In this document: piece by piece, positions 48,739 through 56,608 of the stretch | How positions within the stretch are numbered: the first letter of the stretch is position 1 | Layout of the letters: every line of letters starts with the position of its first letter | Assembly: GCA_017305715.1 (NCBI GenBank) | Contig: JAFKKG010000030.1 | Coordinates: 3,728-67,727 of the forward strand | From: Hyphomicrobiales bacterium | GTDB lineage: Bacteria; Pseudomonadota; Alphaproteobacteria; Rhizobiales; Xanthobacteraceae | Reading direction: 5' to 3' | DNA length: 64,000 nucleotides | Program-made: the position numbers and the translations under genes | Notes under the pieces: generated by a model | Told to the model about the DNA's origin: nothing | The model's input: the letters and a program-made list of their open reading frames with translations, nothing else | The model's database searches: none

Positions 48739-49656
48739 ATGCTCCGCTACCTGACACTCCGGATCGCGCAGTCGATCGTGACGGTGCTGCTGGTCACGAT
48801 GATCATCTTCGTGATCATCCGCCTGATCGGCGATCCGACCCATCTGATGCTGCCTCCCGAGGCGACGGAGGCGGATCGTGAGTTGCTGCGCCAGCAGATG
48901 GGCCTCTCCGATCCGGTCGCGGTCCAGTACTGGCGCTATCTGCTGCAATTGCTCCACGGCGATATGGGGATGTCCTATCGCTTCAGCCTGCCGGCGCTCG
49001 ATGTCGTGCTGGGGCGGATCGGTCCGACGCTTCTGCTCACGTGCACCTCGCTCGCGATCGGAATCCTGGTCGGCGTGCCGCTGGGTGTCGCCTCGGCCGT
49101 TCGCCCCGACGGCTGGATCGATTTTGTCGCCAAGGCGATCGCCCTGTTCGGACAGGCGGCGCCGCCCTTCTTCTTCGGGCTGATCTTCGTGCTTGTCTTC
49201 GCCGTTCAGCTCCGCTGGCTGCCGACGAGCGGCTATGGCGGTCCGCAATATCTCATTATGCCGGCGATCGCGCTCGGATGGTATTCCGCCGCCGGTCTGA
49301 TGCGGCTGACGCGTTCCAACATGATGGAGGTGCTCACCTCCGAATACGTCAGGATGGCCCGCATCAAGGGCGTGCCCGAGCGGGTCGTCGTATACAAGCA
49401 CGCGCTCAAGAACGCGGCGCTCCCGGTTCTCACCTTCGCCTCGCTCCAGTTCGGCATCCTGATGGGCGGCGCGGTATCGATCGAGTCCGTTTTCGCCTGG
49501 CCGGGAATGGGCAAGCTCATCCTCGATTCGATCGCCAATCTCGATTACGCGGTCGTTCAGGCGGCGGTGACCGTTTCCGCCCTGATGTTCACCGCGATCA
49601 ATCTCGCGGTGGATCTCCTCTACGCCTATATCGACCCGCGTATCCGCTATGCGTGA
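48739..49656 (+). CDS. ABC permease, DppB-like
   Basis: IGDPT, RLTRSNMMEVL..EYVRMARIKG, ESVFAWPGMG. Confidence 0.9.
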   Translation: MLRYLTLRIAQSIVTVLLVTMIIFVIIRLIGDPTHLMLPPEATEADRELLRQQMGLSDPVAVQYWRYLLQLLHGDMGMSYRFSLPALDVVLGRIGPTLLLTCTSLAIGILVGVPLGVASAVRPDGWIDFVAKAIALFGQAAPPFFFGLIFVLVFAVQLRWLPTSGYGGPQYLIMPAIALGWYSAAGLMRLTRSNMMEVLTSEYVRMARIKGVPERVVVYKHALKNAALPVLTFASLQFGILMGGAVSIESVFAWPGMGKLILDSIANLDYAVVQAAVTVSALMFTAINLAVDLLYAYIDPRIRYA

Positions 49657-50560
49657 CGCCCCCTCGCCAGACCGACCGGTCCTGCAGCGGACGGGCGCGA
49701 AGGATCGCACGCTTGCGGCGAGCGCGTCGGAGCGCTCCTCGCGCTGGCTCGCATCGCTGCAGATCTGGGTCGCAATCATCCTCCTTGCCATCGTCTTCGG
49801 CTCAGCATTGCTGGCCGCCTTCGTGACGCCTTACGATCCGAACGAGATCGGCCTCGACAAGGCCCTTCAGGCTCCCTCCGTGCAGCATTGGTTCGGGACC
49901 GATCAACTCGGACGCGATGTCCTGTCGCGGGTGATCTGGGGCGGACAGGTCTCGCTGTTCCTTGCCGCCTGCGCGGTCGCGCTCGCGGGAGCTTTCGGCA
50001 CGCTTCTCGGCCTCGTCGCGGGCTATTTCGGCGGTGCCGTCGACAGGGCGGTGATGTGGATCGCCGACGTGCAGTTTTCGCTGCCGGCCGTCATTCTTGC
50101 GCTCGTCCTGGTCGGCGCCGTCGGCCCGAGTTTCACCAACATCGTCGTTGTCCTCAGCCTCGCCAACTGGGCGCGTTTCGCGCGCGTCATCCGCTCCGAA
50201 GCGCTCTCGCTCAAGAGCCGCGATTTCGTGTTGTTGGCCAAGCTCGGAGGGGCATCGCCGCTCAGGATCATCGCCTATCACATCCTGCCGAACGTGCTCG
50301 GCACCTTCATCGTCCTTGCGACGCTGGATGTCGGCCTGATCATTATCCTGGAAGCCACGCTGTCCTTCCTCGGGCTCGGCGTGCAGCCGCCCGATCCCTC
50401 CTGGGGCACCATGATCGCAGACGGTCGCGGCTATCTCGAAAGAGCCTGGTGGATTTCCGTGTTCCCCGGTCTTGCACTCATGGCGACCGTGCTGTCCGGC
50501 AATCTGCTGGGCGATGCGCTGCGCGACAGGCTCAATCCCAGCCAAAGGCGGAGATGGTAG
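49649..50560 (+). CDS. ABC permease, DppC-like
   Basis: HWFGTDQLGRDVLSR, EATLSFLGLG, WGTMIADGR. Confidence 0.9.
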   Translation: MRDAPSPDRPVLQRTGAKDRTLAASASERSSRWLASLQIWVAIILLAIVFGSALLAAFVTPYDPNEIGLDKALQAPSVQHWFGTDQLGRDVLSRVIWGGQVSLFLAACAVALAGAFGTLLGLVAGYFGGAVDRAVMWIADVQFSLPAVILALVLVGAVGPSFTNIVVVLSLANWARFARVIRSEALSLKSRDFVLLAKLGGASPLRIIAYHILPNVLGTFIVLATLDVGLIIILEATLSFLGLGVQPPDPSWGTMIADGRGYLERAWWISVFPGLALMATVLSGNLLGDALRDRLNPSQRRRW

Positions 50561-50562
50561 GA

Positions 50563-51543
50563 ATGAGCGATCTCCTCCGCGTCGAGAATCTGACCACCTG
50601 GCTCGCCACCGAGTCCGGCATCATCACGGCTGTCGACGATGTGAGTTTCTCCGTTCGGCCCGGCCGCGCATTGGCGCTTGTCGGCGAATCCGGCTCCGGC
50701 AAGAGCATGACCTGCTCTTCCATCATGCGTCTTTTGCCCGCCAGTGGGCATATCGCCGGCGGCCGCGTGCTGTTCGAGGGGGAGGATCTCCTGGCCAAGA
50801 GCCCGGCCGAGATGGAGGCCATTCGCGGCCGCAAGATCGGCATGATCGTGCAGGATCCGATGACCTCGCTCAACCCGCTCTTTGACGTCGAGGATCAGGT
50901 CGGAGAGGTCTTCAGATATCACCTTGGCGATCGCTCGCGTCGCGCCCGACGGCCGAAGGTCCTGGACGTGCTGTCGCGTGTGCAGATTCCGGCCGCGGAG
51001 AAGCGCCTCGGATCCTATCCGCACGAATTTTCGGGCGGCATGCGCCAGCGCGTCGCGATTGCGCTCAACATCGCCTGCGCGCCGAAACTCCTGATCGCGG
51101 ACGAGCCGACGACTGCGCTCGACGTGACGGTGCAGCAGCAGATTTTGGCCCTGCTTCGCGATCTCCAGCGCGAGACCGGGATGGCGATCATTCTCGTGAC
51201 GCACGACCTGCACACGGTGCAACGCTTCTGCGACGAGGTCGCGATCATGTATGCCGGCCGGATCGTCGAGCAGGGGCCGGTGGCCGAGATCTTCGCGCGG
51301 CCGGCCCATCCTTATACGGAGGGACTTCTGCGAGCGCTGCCTCAGCTCGGGGGGCAGGAAGATCGCCTGCCGTTGATCCCCGGCCAGCCTCCGTCGCTGG
51401 CGTCGCTTCCTGCCGGGTGCAGGTTCGCGCCTCGCTGCCGGCGCGCGACCGATTTGTGCCGGACGGAATACCCCGACTGGATGGCAACGGCCGGCGAGAC
51501 ACGCCGCTCGGCCTGCTGGTACGCCGATGAGGTGCTCGGATGA
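50563..51543 (+). CDS. ABC ATP-binding protein, DppD-like
   Basis: GESGSGKS, FSGGMRQR, HPYT, GCRFAPRC. Confidence 0.92.
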   Translation: MSDLLRVENLTTWLATESGIITAVDDVSFSVRPGRALALVGESGSGKSMTCSSIMRLLPASGHIAGGRVLFEGEDLLAKSPAEMEAIRGRKIGMIVQDPMTSLNPLFDVEDQVGEVFRYHLGDRSRRARRPKVLDVLSRVQIPAAEKRLGSYPHEFSGGMRQRVAIALNIACAPKLLIADEPTTALDVTVQQQILALLRDLQRETGMAIILVTHDLHTVQRFCDEVAIMYAGRIVEQGPVAEIFARPAHPYTEGLLRALPQLGGQEDRLPLIPGQPPSLASLPAGCRFAPRCRRATDLCRTEYPDWMATAGETRRSACWYADEVLG

Positions 51544-52517
51544 GCGCTTTTCTCTCGGTACGGGACTTACGAAAGACGTTTCCGGTCTCCCGCGGCCTGT
51601 TCGGGAAGCCGGAGCTCTTGCACGCTGTCGCCGGGGTTTCGTTCGACGTGCCCGCCGGAACGACCTTCGGTCTCGTCGGCGAATCCGGTTCCGGCAAGAC
51701 CACGATCGCGAAAATGGTCATGGCAGCCGACGAGCCGACGTCGGGCGGGATCGTCATCGACGGCAGCGACATCGCCACGCACGGCAAGGCCGAACGTTTC
51801 GCCTTCCGGCGTCTCCTGCAGCCGGTGCTCCAGGATCCCTACAGCGCGCTCAGTCCGCGCATGCGAGTCGATCGCATCATCGACGAGCCGCTGCGGATTC
51901 ATCGCACCTATTCGAGCAAGGCGGCGCGCGCCGAACGGGTCGCCTACCTGCTCGACGCGGTCGGGCTGCCAGCGAGTGCGGCGCAGCGCTATCCGAACGA
52001 GATGTCGGGTGGGCAGCGCCAGCGCGTGGCGATCGCTCGGGCTCTCGCGCTTGAACCACGCCTTCTTGTTCTGGACGAACCGGTTTCGGCGCTCGACGTG
52101 TCGATTCAGGCCCAGATCCTGAACCTGCTTCGCGACCTGCAGGACCGGCTCGGTCTGACCTTCCTGCTGATTTCGCACGATCTCGCCGTCATCGGCTTCA
52201 TGAGCACGCAGGTTGGCGTGCTCTATCTGGGAAGATTCGTCGAAGTCGGCTCGAAAGAGACGATCCTTTCCGACGCGCGGCATCCCTACACCCTGGCTCT
52301 GATTGCCTCCGCCGTGCCCGAAGCCGACGCCGCCCCGGTTACCGGGGAGATACCCTCGCCTTTGTCCCCGCCATCGGGCTGCGTGTTTCACACCCGCTGT
52401 CCCGTTGCCACCGATCGCTGCCGCCAGGAGGTGCCATCCCTGCGCCAGTTGAAGCCCAACCACCTCGTTGCCTGCCATTTCGCGGAAACAACCCGCAAGG
52501 AGACCCGTAATGCTTGA
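51540..52517 (+). CDS. ABC ATP-binding protein, DppF-like
   Basis: GESGSGKT, MSGGQRQR, HPYT, GCVFHTRC. Confidence 0.92.
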   Translation: MSAFLSVRDLRKTFPVSRGLFGKPELLHAVAGVSFDVPAGTTFGLVGESGSGKTTIAKMVMAADEPTSGGIVIDGSDIATHGKAERFAFRRLLQPVLQDPYSALSPRMRVDRIIDEPLRIHRTYSSKAARAERVAYLLDAVGLPASAAQRYPNEMSGGQRQRVAIARALALEPRLLVLDEPVSALDVSIQAQILNLLRDLQDRLGLTFLLISHDLAVIGFMSTQVGVLYLGRFVEVGSKETILSDARHPYTLALIASAVPEADAAPVTGEIPSPLSPPSGCVFHTRCPVATDRCRQEVPSLRQLKPNHLVACHFAETTRKETRNA

Positions 52518-53703
52518 AAGGAATCGACTCATGGAACGCCCGATTGATCCGGAAGCAGCCCTGCATACCGCGGACATGAAGGCGCTGCGCGAACTCGCGA
52601 TCACCAAGTTTCGCGAACGCGGGCGCGGCTACGATGCCAATTGCGACATGCCGGTCGAGAACATCGAGGAGCTTCACCGGGGCGGATGGCTGCGCACCAC
52701 GCTGTCGAAGGAGCGCGGAGGTCGCGGCAGCAATCTCGATACCGACGATCCGGCGACATATCTGCAGGCTCAGCGTAGCATTGCGCAGGGTTGTCCCGGC
52801 ACCGCACATTGTTATCAGGTGACCAACCACACCGCCTGGTGTCTGGAAGCCATCGGCACAAAGAGCCAGAAGGAGCGCTACCTTGACCCGATGCGGGAGC
52901 GCTCGTTCCTGGGTTCGTTCGTTGGCAGCGAAGCCAAGCGCAAGCACATGTACATGATGAATACGACCGCCAAGAAGGTCGATGGCGGATGGGTCATCAA
53001 CGGCGAGAAGAACTACGCCACCAATGCGCCGACGATGGCCTTCGCGATCATCTTCGTCGCCCTCGAAGGAACCGAGGACTACAACCAAAATCACCAGATG
53101 ATCATCATCGAGCCCGGTATGAAGGGCGTCTCGATGGATCACACCTGGTATCGGCCGAACGGGATGCGGGCGACGCCATCCTCGATCATCACGCTCGACA
53201 ACGTATTTGTGACGGAAGACCAACTCCTCGGCGAGCCGGGCGCCTATCCGCGTCAGCGCTGGCAGGGGAAATTCCATCTCGGTTTCGCGGCGACCTATCT
53301 GGGCGCGACCGAGGGCATGTACGAATGGTACCTCGATTACGTTCGCAAGCGCGGCCGTGGCCGGGACGGCATCGTCCAGATGCGAACCGGCGAAATGAAG
53401 ATTCAGCTCGAAGCGGCGCGGGCGATTTTTCATCACGCCATCACGTGCTGGAAGACGAAACCGGTCGTTGAGGCGGAGCTTGCGTCCATGGCGGCCAAAT
53501 CGACGATTGCGCATGTCGCCTTCGAGCTCTCCCACAAGATCATCCACGCCGCCGGATCGACCGCGCTGTTCGACGAGTTCCCGCTCAGCCGCTATCTGCG
53601 CGATTTGGAAACCCACGTGCTGCACGCGGGACACGACCGGACGTCGCAAATCATAGGGCTGTCGGAGCTGGGAGAAAGCTTCGATTCGACCCTGCAGCGC
53701 TGA
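52510..53703 (+). CDS. Acyl-CoA dehydrogenase-fold protein, probably a DszC/SfnB-like flavin-dependent monooxygenase
   Basis: NGEKNYATNA, W...GMRATPS, GSTAL, LSRYLRD..THVLH; lacks the QF(G)...FQ and GGxG CoA/FAD motifs of true dehydrogenases; start may be 52531. Confidence 0.7.
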   Translation: MLERNRLMERPIDPEAALHTADMKALRELAITKFRERGRGYDANCDMPVENIEELHRGGWLRTTLSKERGGRGSNLDTDDPATYLQAQRSIAQGCPGTAHCYQVTNHTAWCLEAIGTKSQKERYLDPMRERSFLGSFVGSEAKRKHMYMMNTTAKKVDGGWVINGEKNYATNAPTMAFAIIFVALEGTEDYNQNHQMIIIEPGMKGVSMDHTWYRPNGMRATPSSIITLDNVFVTEDQLLGEPGAYPRQRWQGKFHLGFAATYLGATEGMYEWYLDYVRKRGRGRDGIVQMRTGEMKIQLEAARAIFHHAITCWKTKPVVEAELASMAAKSTIAHVAFELSHKIIHAAGSTALFDEFPLSRYLRDLETHVLHAGHDRTSQIIGLSELGESFDSTLQR

Positions 53704-53712
53704 CCACGTCGA

Positions 53713-53738
53713 GCGGAGGCGGATCACGCCGCCTCCGC
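53713..53738. other. Intercistronic GC-rich hairpin
   Basis: Perfect 10-bp stem GCGGAGGCGG-N6-CCGCCTCCGC with no U-tract. Confidence 0.55.
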
Positions 53739-53822
53739 AACATCCGCTGCAACTGAAAGGCTCGGCACCGCGACGATCGTCGCGGATTCGCCGGGTGGTC
53801 CATCGGGGAGGTTTGCCGGAAG

Positions 53823-54881
53823 ATGCGAAAACTCGAACTGGGCTGGTTCATTCCCACGCAAGGCGATACGACGGCTTACGGCGATCCGGGTGCATCCGTG
53901 CCGCCATCGATCGATGCTTTCGACCGCGTGTCGCTCAGTGCGGAGCGCGCTGGTTTCGAGTACCTGCTGATTCCGGTCAACGTCCATTGCTGGGAAGCCT
54001 GGATCACAGGCGCGATGATGGCGGCCCGAACCAAATCGATCAAGCCGCTCATCGCGGCCCGGCCCGGCTACATCAATCCCGTGCTGCTGGCAAAGATGAT
54101 CTCGACATTCGATCAACTCACCGGCGGACGGATCTGCATCAATCTGATCGCCGGTCTGAGCGACGAGCAATATGCCGCCGACGGGCTGCCCTACAGCAAA
54201 AACGACCGCTATCTGCTGATGGATGAGGAAGTCAGCATCCTCAAGGCCCTATGGAAGGCCGACGGGCCAATCGACTACAACGGTCAATTCTACAAGCTCA
54301 AGGGCGTTCAGGTCATCCCGCCGGTCCTTCAGAAGCCGTATCCGAAATTCTATCTGGGAGGCGGCTCGAAGGAAGCTTGGGAGATCTCGGCCAAGCATGC
54401 GGACGTCCATCTCTTCTGGGGCGACCACCCGGATCGGGTGGCCGAGAATATGAGCCAGATTCGACAACGCGCGGCAACGTACGGGCGGGCCGCCGAGATC
54501 GGCTTCGGCATGCGCCTGCAGATCATCTGCCGCGAGCGCGAGGAGGACGCCTGGGCGGCCGCCGACCAACTCATTCGTCACGCGGATGCGGAATTCCGCA
54601 AGGATGTCGCCGGCCGTTTCCAGAATTCGGTGGCGAACAGCCGGATGCAGGAACTCTCCAGCCAGGACCTTATCATCCCCCATCTGTGGACCGGCATCAC
54701 CAAAGTGCGTCCCGGTGCAGGCATCGCAGTCGTCGGCGATCCCCGGCAGTGCGCCGACACGCTGCAGAAGTTCATCGACATCGGCTGCCATTCATTCTGC
54801 CTGTCGGGCTATCTCCACGACGAGGAGGCGGAGCGCTTTGGCCGCATGGTGCTGCCGCTGCTGAGGGCGAAGAACGCATAG
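53823..54881 (+). CDS. Luciferase-like monooxygenase, SsuD (alkanesulfonate monooxygenase)-like
   Basis: WFIPTQGD, LIP...CWEAW, RPG, YLGGGS, LWTGITKVRPGAGIAVVG, LSGY.HDEEA all parallel SsuD motifs. Confidence 0.82.
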   Translation: MRKLELGWFIPTQGDTTAYGDPGASVPPSIDAFDRVSLSAERAGFEYLLIPVNVHCWEAWITGAMMAARTKSIKPLIAARPGYINPVLLAKMISTFDQLTGGRICINLIAGLSDEQYAADGLPYSKNDRYLLMDEEVSILKALWKADGPIDYNGQFYKLKGVQVIPPVLQKPYPKFYLGGGSKEAWEISAKHADVHLFWGDHPDRVAENMSQIRQRAATYGRAAEIGFGMRLQIICREREEDAWAAADQLIRHADAEFRKDVAGRFQNSVANSRMQELSSQDLIIPHLWTGITKVRPGAGIAVVGDPRQCADTLQKFIDIGCHSFCLSGYLHDEEAERFGRMVLPLLRAKNA

Positions 54882-54931
54882 TCATTTTGTCGGCGAGAAT
54901 TCAAGCCAACCGCAGTATGTGAGGAACGACG

Positions 54932-56482
54932 ATGTGGGTGAATAAACATGGACCGCGCGTCGCGATCGCTGCGCTCGCTCTCGTCTGTGCCATGCTCGGC
55001 GCTACGCCGTCGATCGCGATTGGCGGGAAGCCGGCAGCCGACAAGGGCACCATCATCATCGCTATCGGCCGAGATATCGCGATGCTCGACGCACAGGTCG
55101 ACAATACCGGGAATTCCGACCGCTATGCCTGGCAGATGTTCGATAATCTCTACACGTTCGACAAGCAGGGCAAGCTGATCCCTCAGGTCGCCAGGGATGT
55201 GAAGGTTTCCGACGACGGTCTCGACTATCGATTTTCCATCCGGCAGGACGTCATCTTTCACAACGGCGCCAAATTGACGGCCGAAGACGTGAAGTTCTCC
55301 TTCGACCGAATCCTGGACCCGGCAACCAAGAGCACGCGGCGGCCTTATTTTTCCGACATCATCGACCGGGTCGAGGTCATTGATCCCGCGACCGTCAACG
55401 TCAAGCTCAGGCAGCGCGACGTGGTCTTCATGAACAAGGTGGCGGCTTTCGTCGCCCTGGTGCCGAAGGCGTATGTGGAGTCGCTGCCGTCCGCCGAGGC
55501 TTTCGCCAGGGCGCCGGTCGGCGCTGGGCCCTACAAGCTTGTCTCGCACAAGATTGGACAATCTCTCGAACTCGAGCGTCACGACGCCTATTACGGCGCC
55601 AAGCCGGCGATCAAGCGTTTGGTTTTTCGGTACATCCCCGACGCATCAAGCCGCCTCAACGCGATGCGTGCCGGCGAGGTCGATATGGCCGACATGATCG
55701 CACCGAGCGACGTGAAGCAGATCAAAGAATCGGCCGGGGTATCGGTTGTGCTCGTACCGGCCGGGAGTCCGCTGCACATTCGTCTCTATTCGAGCGTGCC
55801 GAACACGCCGCTGGCCGACAAACGCGTGCGCCTTGCGTTGAACTACGCGATTGACGTCGATGCCATCATCAAGCATGTGCAACATGGCATCGGCAAGCCT
55901 CTGACGTCCTTCATCTCGGCCTACTATCCGGTGGGCGTCGATCCCGATCTGAAGCCCTATCCATTCGATCCGAAGCTGGCGCGTAAGCTTCTCGCCGACG
56001 CGGGCTATCCACGCGGCTTCGAGACCGAACTGCTGAGCCCGAATTCCTATCCGAAGGATGTCACCGACGCGGTCGCCGGCTACTGGCAGGCCATCGGCGT
56101 GCGGGCAAAGACCAAAGTGCTGGACTATCCAGCGTGGAATCGGCTCAACAACACGCACGCGTCCGGGCCGATGACCGTTATGCAATATTCGAACGCGATC
56201 TATGATCCGATCACCGCGATCTTCGGTACCGCAGCCAAGAAGGGCACCTGGTCGGACTATAGCAATCCCGAAGTCGATGCGCTGATCGAACAGACCAACT
56301 CGGTCGAGGATCCGGCCGAGCGCGACAAGCTGTTCCGCAAGATCGCACGCATCATGCGCGATGACGGGCATGCCGTTCTGATTTCGGAGCTGTTCTCCGT
56401 TTTTGCGATGGACAGCCAGATCGAATGGGTGCCTCAACAGGGTTACGCGTTCTACGACCTGCGCACCATCCATTGGAAATGA
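54932..56482 (+). CDS. ABC substrate-binding protein, family 5, paralog 3
   Basis: FHNGAKLTAEDVKF, VGAGPYK, RLNNTHASGP. Confidence 0.9.
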   Translation: MWVNKHGPRVAIAALALVCAMLGATPSIAIGGKPAADKGTIIIAIGRDIAMLDAQVDNTGNSDRYAWQMFDNLYTFDKQGKLIPQVARDVKVSDDGLDYRFSIRQDVIFHNGAKLTAEDVKFSFDRILDPATKSTRRPYFSDIIDRVEVIDPATVNVKLRQRDVVFMNKVAAFVALVPKAYVESLPSAEAFARAPVGAGPYKLVSHKIGQSLELERHDAYYGAKPAIKRLVFRYIPDASSRLNAMRAGEVDMADMIAPSDVKQIKESAGVSVVLVPAGSPLHIRLYSSVPNTPLADKRVRLALNYAIDVDAIIKHVQHGIGKPLTSFISAYYPVGVDPDLKPYPFDPKLARKLLADAGYPRGFETELLSPNSYPKDVTDAVAGYWQAIGVRAKTKVLDYPAWNRLNNTHASGPMTVMQYSNAIYDPITAIFGTAAKKGTWSDYSNPEVDALIEQTNSVEDPAERDKLFRKIARIMRDDGHAVLISELFSVFAMDSQIEWVPQQGYAFYDLRTIHWK

Positions 56483-56516
56483 TGTCCATCAGCCGAATGG
56501 TCGGCCGTTTCCCATG

Positions 56517-56600
56517 GACCGGCGGCGCCAGGGAAAATCCAGGTAGGCTTGCTGCCGCGTTCCCGATCCGCCTGTTGGGAGCGTAACCAAGCGGTAAGGC
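56517..56600 (+). pseudogene. Decayed copy of the tRNA-Gln leader and 5' half (att-like direct repeat of 14361-14445)
   Basis: Core 56555-56600 equals 14401-14445 apart from one inserted A and one G>A; weaker similarity extends upstream to GACCGGCGG at 56517/14361. Confidence 0.88.
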
Positions 56601-56608
56601 TGCGAAGG

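Larger units (their letters stand above)
14497..56600. mobile_element. Putative tRNA-Gln-associated genomic island (catabolic/organosulfur); no integrase found
   Basis: Begins right after the tRNA, ends at a decayed tRNA-Gln leader/5' copy, contains only accessory catabolic and transport genes, and lacks the intergenic repeats seen in the left 14 kb. Confidence 0.55.

Noticed and set aside
53713-53738. Hairpin considered as a Rho-independent terminator
   Set aside because: No U-tract on either strand and it lies inside an apparent operon; kept only as an unassigned hairpin.
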